From a virus (lineage: Duplodnaviria > Caudoviricetes): a stretch of 28,430 nucleotides of DNA. The stretch covers positions 1 through 28,430 of IMG/VR virus record IMGVR_UViG_3300008120_000224. One strand, 5' to 3'. The notes beneath the pieces are model-generated. The model saw nothing but the letters and a program-made list of their open reading frames with translations, was not told where the DNA came from and searched no databases. Numbering within the stretch: the first letter of the stretch is position 1; each line of letters starts with the position of its first letter. A program made the translations under genes and the position numbers. Positions 1 to 5,547 of this stretch are shown piece by piece.

Positions 1-128
1 TCTTTCTCTTTACAGGCGGGGCAGATATTGCCCTCTCCCTCTTGCTCGTCATATTCTCTCTCACACTCGCCGCATTTAATCTCGTTGAGCTGGTGATTAG
101 CCCAGGGATCCGCGTCATAGTAGCTCAT
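1..128 (-). CDS. Small Zn-ribbon-like early protein (runs off window start)
   Basis: Hand translation MSYYDADPWANHQLNEIKCGECEREYDEQEGEGNICPACKEK...; CxxC...CxxC; ATG overlaps the upstream TGA (ATGA). Not in ORF track. Confidence 0.75.
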   Translation of the reverse strand, partial: MSYYDADPWANHQLNEIKCGECEREYDEQEGEGNICPACKEK

Positions 129-247
129 TGCTTCTCTGCACAATCTGGGCAGAGCTTGACGGCATAGCCGTCTACTTGTCCGGCGCATAGCTCGGCAGGA
201 TCGTAGAAGTAATCGCACCCGTAGCAAGATTCGCGGTTATTCATCAT
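125..247 (-). CDS. Small Zn-ribbon-like early protein (40 aa)
   Basis: MMNNRESCYGCDYFYDPAELCAGQVDGYAVKLCPDCAEKQ; two CxxC motifs; purine-rich RBS (AAAGGGAG); overlaps both neighbours. Start could be 244. Confidence 0.75.
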   Translation of the reverse strand: MMNNRESCYGCDYFYDPAELCAGQVDGYAVKLCPDCAEKQ

Positions 248-425
248 CTTCTCCCTTTCTTTCATTTTCTAGTCGCTCCGTAAGGTAATCAATAGCTACC
301 TTGCGGGCATTCTTATAGCCGGTACCTACTACCCAACGGGGCGGAATCTCTTTGGCCTTGATTGCGTCAAGCATTGCCTGCGTACTCATTCCGCAGAATT
401 GTAGATGATCATATTTATATGGCAT
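237..425 (-). CDS. Hypothetical early protein (62 aa)
   Basis: ORF track; AAGGAG RBS upstream; overlaps neighbours in the coupled minus-strand operon. Confidence 0.75.
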   Translation of the reverse strand: MPYKYDHLQFCGMSTQAMLDAIKAKEIPPRWVVGTGYKNARKVAIDYLTERLENERKGEDDE

Positions 426-609
426 TCTCTTTCTCCTTCTCTAGTAATCGGCCGTCTCTTTCGCCCTTGGCGTAGCCGTAATCGTGCCAAGCGCTCTCCA
501 GTTGCGTCAATAGCGATCGCAATCTTTCTCTTTCTTTCGCAGGCAAGGTTGCCTTATTCGCCAGAATCGCGTCAATGTCTAGGCGGATATCGCTGCGATC
601 TCTATTCAT
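415..609 (-). CDS. Hypothetical early protein (64 aa)
   Basis: ORF track; helical and charged; coupled to flanking ORFs. Confidence 0.75.
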   Translation of the reverse strand: MNRDRSDIRLDIDAILANKATLPAKERERLRSLLTQLESAWHDYGYAKGERDGRLLEKEKENAI

Positions 610-886
610 TGCCTTCCGCCTCTAACATCTCCGCAATCGCCTCATTTACTAAATGCGGGTTGTTGGCGTACTCTTTCAATGCGTCGCCAAGGTAATCAAG
701 CTCTAAGTATCCAAGAGCTACACCTTGAACTAGATCCATATCCTCATAACCGATTAGGCCTAAGAATAAAGTGGCCGGTGATGGGTAGCTGTAATTGCGA
801 GACCATTCAAAGAGCGCGGTGGTCTCTTCTGCGCCTTTGCGTGGATCCTCATAGATATCCCAAGTGCTGCGTGTTGCTGTATCCAT
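602..886 (-). CDS. Hypothetical acidic early protein (94 aa)
   Basis: ORF track; AGAAAGAG RBS-like sequence upstream; motif LGYLELDYLGDALKEYA. Confidence 0.8.
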   Translation of the reverse strand: MDTATRSTWDIYEDPRKGAEETTALFEWSRNYSYPSPATLFLGLIGYEDMDLVQGVALGYLELDYLGDALKEYANNPHLVNEAIAEMLEAEGNE

Positions 887-915
887 ATCTTGTCTCTTTC
901 TCTTGTAATTGCTTG

Positions 916-971
916 CCTGGAGCTGTTAGCTACAGGATACCGCACTCTACCGGACAAGTAGAGCGCGATAT
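916..971 (-). other. Two abutting intergenic RNA hairpins in the early operon
   Basis: Minus strand ATATCGCGCTCTAC-ttgtccg-GTAGAGTGCGGTAT: 14 bp, including 2 G-U pairs that only form on the minus strand. Immediately followed by CCTGtAGCT-aac-AGCTcCAGG. Confidence 0.65.
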
Positions 972-978
972 TCCGCCT

Positions 979-1104
979 CTAATCGCAATCGCGTTTGATA
1001 TCTTTGCCGCAATCGACGCAGAAGATGAGAGTGCAACCGGCCCAAGCTCCGCCGTGATGGCGTAGGCAAGGGATAGACGCCTCTTCTAGCTGTAAACATT
1101 CCAT
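979..1104 (-). CDS. Small Cys/His-rich early protein (41 aa)
   Basis: MECLQLEEASIPCLRHHGGAWAGCTLIFCVDCGKDIKRDCD; AAAGGAG RBS; not in ORF track. Confidence 0.7.
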   Translation of the reverse strand: MECLQLEEASIPCLRHHGGAWAGCTLIFCVDCGKDIKRDCD

Positions 1105-1105
1105 T

Positions 1106-1237
1106 CTAGTACTCCTTTCCAGTAATCTTGCAATAGAGCCAGAAGGCTCCTTCTATGAGCTGCCATAGCGCCCAACCTGCGATCGCATAAGCTGCGAAAG
1201 TGAGCAATATGGATCCAAGATATGCGAGCTCATTCAT
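1106..1237 (-). CDS. Small membrane protein (43 aa)
   Basis: MNELAYLGSILLTFAAYAIAGWALWQLIEGAFWLYCKITGKEY; long hydrophobic stretch; TAATG coupling; GAGAGG RBS. Confidence 0.75.
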   Translation of the reverse strand: MNELAYLGSILLTFAAYAIAGWALWQLIEGAFWLYCKITGKEY

Positions 1238-1377
1238 TAGTATATCCTCTCTCTCTTGGGCATTAGCCCCCTTGCAGCACATACGGGCGATCCGCAGCTG
1301 TAGGTACGCCAGACTTCAAACCCAACGCCTGGCGAATCTTTAATGGTCACATCACGATCGCAATAGTCGCATTGCAT
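1237..1377 (-). CDS. Small Zn-finger-like early protein (46 aa)
   Basis: MQCDYCDRDVTIKDSPGVGFEVWRTYSCGSPVCAARGLMPKRERIY; CxxC...CxxxxC; ATG directly follows the upstream TAA. Confidence 0.7.
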   Translation of the reverse strand: MQCDYCDRDVTIKDSPGVGFEVWRTYSCGSPVCAARGLMPKRERIY

Positions 1378-1521
1378 TTAATCTTCTCTCCCGTACTCTT
1401 CAATGAAGAGGCGCTTGGCCTCTTTCACACTATACCCTATAAATCGCTTGCTTACCAGATAGCCGCCTCTTGTCGCGTAGATCGTAAACCCATCTACGCC
1501 GTGCCTTTCTATGCTTACCAT
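1378..1521 (-). CDS. Hypothetical early protein (47 aa)
   Basis: MVSIERHGVDGFTIYATRGGYLVSKRFIGYSVKEAKRLFIEEYGRED; AAGGA RBS; overlaps upstream stop. Confidence 0.75.
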   Translation of the reverse strand: MVSIERHGVDGFTIYATRGGYLVSKRFIGYSVKEAKRLFIEEYGRED

Positions 1522-1664
1522 TCGATATCCTTTGCAGCTTCCAGGGTGATTCGATTCAATTCGGTAAGGGCTCCATCTAACGCGTGGTATCCCTCTTTAG
1601 TTGATATGTCTAGCTTGGCGGTCTCTTGGATCCATTGATTGAATCGCTCTTGTGCGTTTGACAT
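1515..1664 (-). CDS. Hypothetical early protein (49 aa)
   Basis: MSNAQERFNQWIQETAKLDISTKEGYHALDGALTELNRITLEAAKDIEW; TAATG coupling; AAAGGGG RBS. Confidence 0.75.
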   Translation of the reverse strand: MSNAQERFNQWIQETAKLDISTKEGYHALDGALTELNRITLEAAKDIEW

Positions 1665-1756
1665 TATTCTTCCCCTTTGCAGCTATCTTTGCAGCAATCG
1701 CAATAACGGTTTATGTTGGCGTGGCCGCAGCTGCGGCAGATGTCTGGAGATGGCAT
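1664..1756 (-). CDS. Cys-rich micropeptide (30 aa)
   Basis: MPSPDICRSCGHANINRYCDCCKDSCKGEE; 6 Cys; TAATG coupling at both ends exactly fills the gap. Confidence 0.65.
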   Translation of the reverse strand: MPSPDICRSCGHANINRYCDCCKDSCKGEE

Positions 1757-1935
1757 TATTCGCCAACCCCGCAAGCCTCTAGGAATCGCAAGCGATCGAA
1801 TCGGTGATTCATTGCCAAGAGCTGATCGGCTAGGCCAAGGGTGATTACATCGGCAGCCTTCTGGCCTGCCTTGTCTAGTGTCTCGCGATCTACGCGAATT
1901 GACTTTGCGATTAGCTCGTAATCTTTGCGTGTCAT
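1756..1935 (-). CDS. First early gene; phage protein of the MTRKDYELIA...RFDxxRFLxACG type (59 aa)
   Basis: MTRKDYELIAKSIRVDRETLDKAGQKAADVITLGLADQLLAMNHRFDRLRFLEACGVGE; AGAAAGAGG RBS; the motif pattern is one I recall from small phage proteins; function unknown. Confidence 0.85.
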   Translation of the reverse strand: MTRKDYELIAKSIRVDRETLDKAGQKAADVITLGLADQLLAMNHRFDRLRFLEACGVGE

Positions 1936-1976
1936 TGTGTCCTCTTTCTGTTAGTGGGTTATTAAGTTATGAGCTC

Positions 1977-2004
1977 ACTCTACCGTATAGCTGCGCCCGG
2001 TCAA
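1977..2004 (-). promoter_or_regulatory. Host sigma-A-type early promoter
   Basis: Minus strand TTGACC-N16-TAGAGT, about 40 nt upstream of the ATG at 1935. Confidence 0.6.
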
Positions 2005-2014
2005 GCATATTTAC

Positions 2015-2031
2015 ATAACAGTTTGATAACG
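2015..2031. promoter_or_regulatory. OmpR/PhoB-type direct repeat, MtrA-box-like
   Basis: ATAACA-gtttg-ATAACG (11-bp period) just upstream of the -35; resembles the corynebacterial MtrA consensus RTAACA-N5-RTAACA as I recall it. Confidence 0.5.
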
Positions 2032-2053
2032 ATTAGCTGAGAATTAGCTGAGA
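2032..2053. promoter_or_regulatory. Perfect 11-bp tandem repeat, MprA-box-like
   Basis: ATTAGCTGAGA x2; the minus strand reads TCTCAG-ctaat-TCTCAG, the mycobacterial MprA hexamer repeat as I recall it. Confidence 0.55.
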
Positions 2054-2067
2054 GCCTTGGCCTTGCT

Positions 2068-2085
2068 TATGTCGATATGTCGACA
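2068..2085. repeat. Operator-like repeat TGTCGA-N4-TCGACA (also TATGTCGA x2)
   Basis: Directly visible; binding factor unknown. Confidence 0.45.
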
Positions 2086-2105
2086 ATTCAAAGGCAGCTA
2101 GATAG

Positions 2106-2117
2106 TTGAATCTTCAA
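2106..2117. repeat. Operator-like palindrome TTGAA-TC-TTCAA
   Basis: Directly visible; binding factor unknown. Confidence 0.35.
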
Positions 2118-2320
2118 TCACTTTACAGCTGCGGCTCTTGATTCGGATCGCAATCGGCTAGTGAGTCGACTCTTGGATCCTGGTAAAGAGCTACAGCTGC
2201 GACCGGTTAGGGGGTCGATGGTCTGCCGGTTGGCGTGCCGGTTGGTTAGTAGCCCGCCCCACCTTACACAACAGGGCAGACAATTCCCGCCTATCTGTCT
2301 ACGGTCTGCCCCGCCTGCGT

Positions 2321-2344
2321 CTAGCCCTGCCCTAGCCCTGCCCC
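2321..2344 (-). repeat. CTAGCCCTGCC x2; minus strand GGGG-CA-GGG-CTA-GGG-CA-GGG (G-quadruplex motif, two GGGCAGGG octamers)
   Basis: Four G-tracts with 2-3 nt loops on the minus strand. Confidence 0.6.
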
Positions 2345-2361
2345 GTCTCACGGAGTGAGAC
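2345..2361. repeat. Perfect hairpin GTCTCAC-GGA-GTGAGAC (C-GNA-G triloop)
   Basis: 7-bp inverted repeat directly abutting the G-tract repeat. Confidence 0.6.
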
Positions 2362-2469
2362 AGACCCCATATGCTTAATTCGCAAGCGCAGAGGGTATAT
2401 ACTCCCCAACAAAAAATATTTGCTAAAGTTAAAGCTGTGATCTAGCCTCTGACCTGCGGTTATATATAT

Positions 2470-2485
2470 TGTGATACGACTCACA
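2470..2485. promoter_or_regulatory. CRP/GlxR-family binding site
   Basis: Perfect TGTGA-TACGAC-TCACA in AT-rich non-coding DNA. Confidence 0.7.
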
Positions 2486-2525
2486 TAGCACAATACGCAA
2501 ACGGCGTCTTTTTTAGCGCCTTATA

Positions 2526-2531
2526 TATAGT
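2526..2531 (+). promoter_or_regulatory. Candidate -10 element for the rightward (late) transcript
   Basis: TATAGT (TAnnnT) with no good -35; the CRP box centre would be at about -60.5. Confidence 0.4.
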
Positions 2532-2532
2532 A

Positions 2533-2623
2533 GGGGAGTAAAGCGGGGAAGGGTCCGGTTTACGACCCAGTACGCTACGGGTGAAACCCTTCGCGTAGCC
2601 CCCTAGGGCGAAGCGAGCAGTAC
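2533..2623 (+). ncRNA. Candidate structured RNA (or ssDNA) element with a loop-loop pseudoknot
   Basis: The loop of stem 2533-2546/2555-2568 (GAAGGGT) is complementary to ACCCTTC in the loop of stem GCTACG/CGTAGC (2574-2599). No ORF covers the region. Confidence 0.45.
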
Positions 2624-2684
2624 CACTAAATGCGGGATAGGTCTATCCAGTATTGAATCTTATATTTTGAGATTATCAGCCCAG

Positions 2685-2796
2685 TATTAGGAAACTCTCC
2701 AACCTAGTATAAAGGAAACATTCCGGCGGGTGAATTAAAAATTCACCTAGCAGACGACACCTCGTCAGCCCATTTCGGGCCGTTTACTATTAGGAG
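2685..2796 (+). promoter_or_regulatory. Structured terminase leader with RBS
   Basis: Three hairpins (GGTGAATT/AATTCACC, GACGA/TCGTC, GCCC/GGGC) enclosed by CCTAGTA (2703-2709)/TATTAGG (2788-2794), which overlaps the SD AGGAG (2792-2796). Confidence 0.5.
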
Positions 2797-2801
2797 AATA
2801 C

Positions 2802-4661
2802 GTGGCAGAGAATTCAGCAGATATAGCCAAGAGAATTATTCTTGGCTGTGTAGCAGAAGGTATGACCATTGACGCCGCTTGCAGCTCGGCCGGTAAGTCA
2901 ATGAAAACCTATGAGTACTACCGCCGCACCGATAAGATATTTGCAGATAAGATTGATCGTACTAGGCTCGGACTGAAAGAAAAGTCCTTTGCCTCAGGGG
3001 ATGTCCACGATATCGACTTCGTCGAGTTCCGTAAGCGATTCCTGCACAGCCAGACCTTTGCCCATCAGAAGAACCTCATAGATGTCATTGAGGGTCGGGA
3101 ACCTAGCTGGCTCCATCCTAGTATGAAGTATGAGCCGGGGCTAGCGGCAAACCGAGTTCTGATTAACATTCCGCCAAACCACGCAAAGTCCATTACGGTC
3201 ACCGTAGACTACGTAACCTGGAAGGTAGCCCAGAACCCAAACTTCCGAGTTTTGATTGTATCCCAAACGCAGCAGTTAGCTGCCGACTTTCTCTACGCCA
3301 TCAAGCAGCGACTGACGCATCCTATGTATGCAGACTTGCAGAGCGCTTATGCTGCTGGCGTAGGGTTTAATTCCAAAACCGCTTCTTGGCAAGCAACCCG
3401 CGTCACCTTCGGTGATGAACTCCGTGAGTCTTCTGAAAAGGATCCGAACATCGAGGCCGTCGGTATCGGCGGTCAGATTTACGGTAAGCGTGCCGATATG
3501 ATTATTGTCGATGACGCGGTCACCCTCAAGAACGCTAATGAGTTTGAGAAGCAGATACGCTGGTTAACCCAGGACGTCCGGTCCCGTCTTAACCCAACCG
3601 GTAAGTTGATTGTTATTGGTACTAGAGTTGCATCCGTTGACTTGTACCGCGAGCTTCGCTCCGAGGACCGGTACCCAGGTGGGCTAGTCCCTTGGAAGTA
3701 CTTGGCTATGCCAGCCCTTCTTGAGATAGATGAGGACCCCGACAAGTGGGTTACCTTATGGCCTGCCTCAGATGCTCCATTTGACGGACAAGAAGAGACA
3801 GATAAGAACGAAGACGGTCTATATCCTCGTTGGTCTGGTCGTAACCTTTACAATGAACGCCAAGCAATGGATGCGAGTACTTGGGCGCTGGTCTACCAGC
3901 AACAGGATGTATCTGAAAACGCAGCCTTTGACCCAGTATGTGTACGTGGCTCGATTGATGGAATGCGTAAGTCCGGCAGACTTGAGCCAGGACATCCGGG
4001 CCATCCAAAAGATTTAAGTGGTTTTACTATTATCTGTGGTATGGACCCGGCCATTGTCGGTGACACCGCAGCTATCTGTTACGCCGTAGATCGCGGTAGC
4101 AACAAACGCTACATCGTAGATGCTATGAAAGTGACTCGCCCCTCACCTCAGCAGATTCGTGACATTATCCTTAACTGGACTAGCCTCTATTCACCTAGTG
4201 AGTGGATTATTGAGAAGAACGCTTTTCAGGCTTTCTTAACTCAAGACGAAGGCATCAAGCAATTCTTGGCATCTCGTGGCGTTCTACTCAAAGAACACCA
4301 TACCGGTTCTAATAAGTGGGACTCAGGCTTCGGTGTTGCATCTATGGCTACCTTATTCGGTAGCAAGCAACACGATGGTAAGCACCACCGAGATAACTTA
4401 ATACATCTACCTAGTGACCAGACTGAGAATGTCAAGGCTCTTATCGAGCAGTTGATTACTTGGACACCAACTACTAAGGGTAAGACCGATATGGTAATGG
4501 CACTCTGGTTCTGTGAGATTAGAGCACGTGAGATGCTCAACTACGGCCAGTACGCCACACACCACTTGAAGAATCCATTTTTAACTAGCGCTGAAAAGCG
4601 CAAACGAGTAGTCGTCAATATAGACGAGATGCTTGCTAACCAAAACAAACTGTTTGTCTAA
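2802..4661 (+). CDS. terL: Terminase large subunit with N-terminal HTH-like extension
   Basis: Walker A-like INIPPNHAKS, Walker B MIIVDD, coupling-motif region IVIGTR, LVYQQ, RNase H-like nuclease GMDPA...IEKN...KTDMVMA; GTG start with AGGAG. Confidence 0.95.
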   Translation: MAENSADIAKRIILGCVAEGMTIDAACSSAGKSMKTYEYYRRTDKIFADKIDRTRLGLKEKSFASGDVHDIDFVEFRKRFLHSQTFAHQKNLIDVIEGREPSWLHPSMKYEPGLAANRVLINIPPNHAKSITVTVDYVTWKVAQNPNFRVLIVSQTQQLAADFLYAIKQRLTHPMYADLQSAYAAGVGFNSKTASWQATRVTFGDELRESSEKDPNIEAVGIGGQIYGKRADMIIVDDAVTLKNANEFEKQIRWLTQDVRSRLNPTGKLIVIGTRVASVDLYRELRSEDRYPGGLVPWKYLAMPALLEIDEDPDKWVTLWPASDAPFDGQEETDKNEDGLYPRWSGRNLYNERQAMDASTWALVYQQQDVSENAAFDPVCVRGSIDGMRKSGRLEPGHPGHPKDLSGFTIICGMDPAIVGDTAAICYAVDRGSNKRYIVDAMKVTRPSPQQIRDIILNWTSLYSPSEWIIEKNAFQAFLTQDEGIKQFLASRGVLLKEHHTGSNKWDSGFGVASMATLFGSKQHDGKHHRDNLIHLPSDQTENVKALIEQLITWTPTTKGKTDMVMALWFCEIRAREMLNYGQYATHHLKNPFLTSAEKRKRVVVNIDEMLANQNKLFV

Positions 4662-4671
4662 GGAGATAACT

Positions 4672-5148
4672 ATGGCTAAGAAGAAAGCCAAACCTTCATT
4701 AAAAGAAGGCCTTAAGGAAGATATAAAACTTATAGGAAAAGGCGCAAAAGCAGGTTTAGTAACTGTCGCCAATTTAATCCCTACCGGTAAGGCAGCAAGC
4801 ACTGTTGGAAAATTTGTATCTAAAACAACAGCTGGAAAAATGGTTGCTACTGAAGGCAAGACCGTAACTCGCAAATTTACTCAAGGCAGCAAAGCAAACA
4901 TTACTCAGCAAGCTCCTAAGAAATTCAAGGAAGGCGTCAAGTCTCCTGTAAAAGGAACTAAGGTAACAGTAGTAAAACAGACAAAGGGACAAACTCCTTT
5001 GCAACAAACTACTGTAACAAAGGGCAGAGTTGCTAGAGAGACTACAAAGAAAGCCGGTACTTACGCCAAAGGCGCTGTAACTGGTGCATACGTAATGGAT
5101 GAGTATAACAAGTCAAAGTCTAAGAACAGAAAACCAGGTAAAAACTAA
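4672..5148 (+). CDS. Lys/Thr-rich basic protein (158 aa)
   Basis: Start moved from 4633 to ATG 4672 (AAGGAG RBS); MAKKKAKP...; very basic. Confidence 0.85.
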   Translation: MAKKKAKPSLKEGLKEDIKLIGKGAKAGLVTVANLIPTGKAASTVGKFVSKTTAGKMVATEGKTVTRKFTQGSKANITQQAPKKFKEGVKSPVKGTKVTVVKQTKGQTPLQQTTVTKGRVARETTKKAGTYAKGAVTGAYVMDEYNKSKSKNRKPGKN

Positions 5149-5546
5149 TGGCAACACGCAAGCCAACATACGGAACAGGACCTGATGACATTGACATTCA
5201 GGCTACCAAGGCAGTTCGCAAGCCTCGTACAGATGTAGTAGATGCTACAGGTAAACCATTACGTGAACTGACACGAGCCGAAAAAGATGCTCAGTACAAA
5301 AAGATTAAGACAAAGTGGGAGACAGCTCGCGCTGCTACCAAAGCTAAAATTGCTGCAAATTCTAAAGTTGTTAAAAGCCGACCAGCAGGATCTACTATTC
5401 CAAAGTCAGCAAAACCAAAAATTACTAAGGCTGAAAAGCAGATTGCAGTTGAACTTTCTAAAAAGGGAATGAAGAAAGCTGCTAAGGACCAAGCAAAGGC
5501 TTTAGATAAAAAGTATCCAGGACTTTACAAGAAAAAGGCAAACTAA
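5148..5546 (+). CDS. Lys/Ala-rich basic protein (132 aa)
   Basis: TAATG coupling; K/A-rich, ends ALDKKYPGLYKKKAN. Confidence 0.85.
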   Translation: MATRKPTYGTGPDDIDIQATKAVRKPRTDVVDATGKPLRELTRAEKDAQYKKIKTKWETARAATKAKIAANSKVVKSRPAGSTIPKSAKPKITKAEKQIAVELSKKGMKKAAKDQAKALDKKYPGLYKKKAN

Positions 5547-5547
5547 T

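Noticed and set aside
405-1638. Plus-strand ORFs 405-695, 679-1065, 1372-1638 and minus-strand 760-957
   Set aside because: They overlap a fully tiled, RBS-bearing, coupled minus-strand operon and have atypical composition.
2070-2085. LexA SOS box
   Set aside because: The actinobacterial box is TCGAAC-N4-GTTCGA; this is TGTCGA-N4-TCGACA, so it is kept only as an unknown operator-like repeat.
2015-2345. CRISPR-like mini-array
   Set aside because: Repeats are 8-12 bp pairs of different sequences, with no constant repeat-spacer periodicity.
2118-2358. ORFs 2118-2351 (-) and 2161-2358 (+)
   Set aside because: No RBS, low-complexity R/P/S-rich translations, and they lie over repeat and operator-like DNA; treated as non-coding.
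2533-2625. Known self-cleaving ribozyme (hammerhead or HDV-like)
   Set aside because: No CUGANGA core to accompany the GAAA, and I could not build the nested HDV double pseudoknot by eye; a covariance-model search is still needed.
2687-2707. TTAGG...CCTAG as an IdeR/DtxR iron box
   Set aside because: Spacer is 11 nt rather than 9 and the inner bases do not match.
2703-2794. Cloverleaf-like fold suggesting a tRNA
   Set aside because: No canonical T-loop (GTTCRA), D-loop GG, 7-nt anticodon loop or CCA end; it overlaps the terL RBS.
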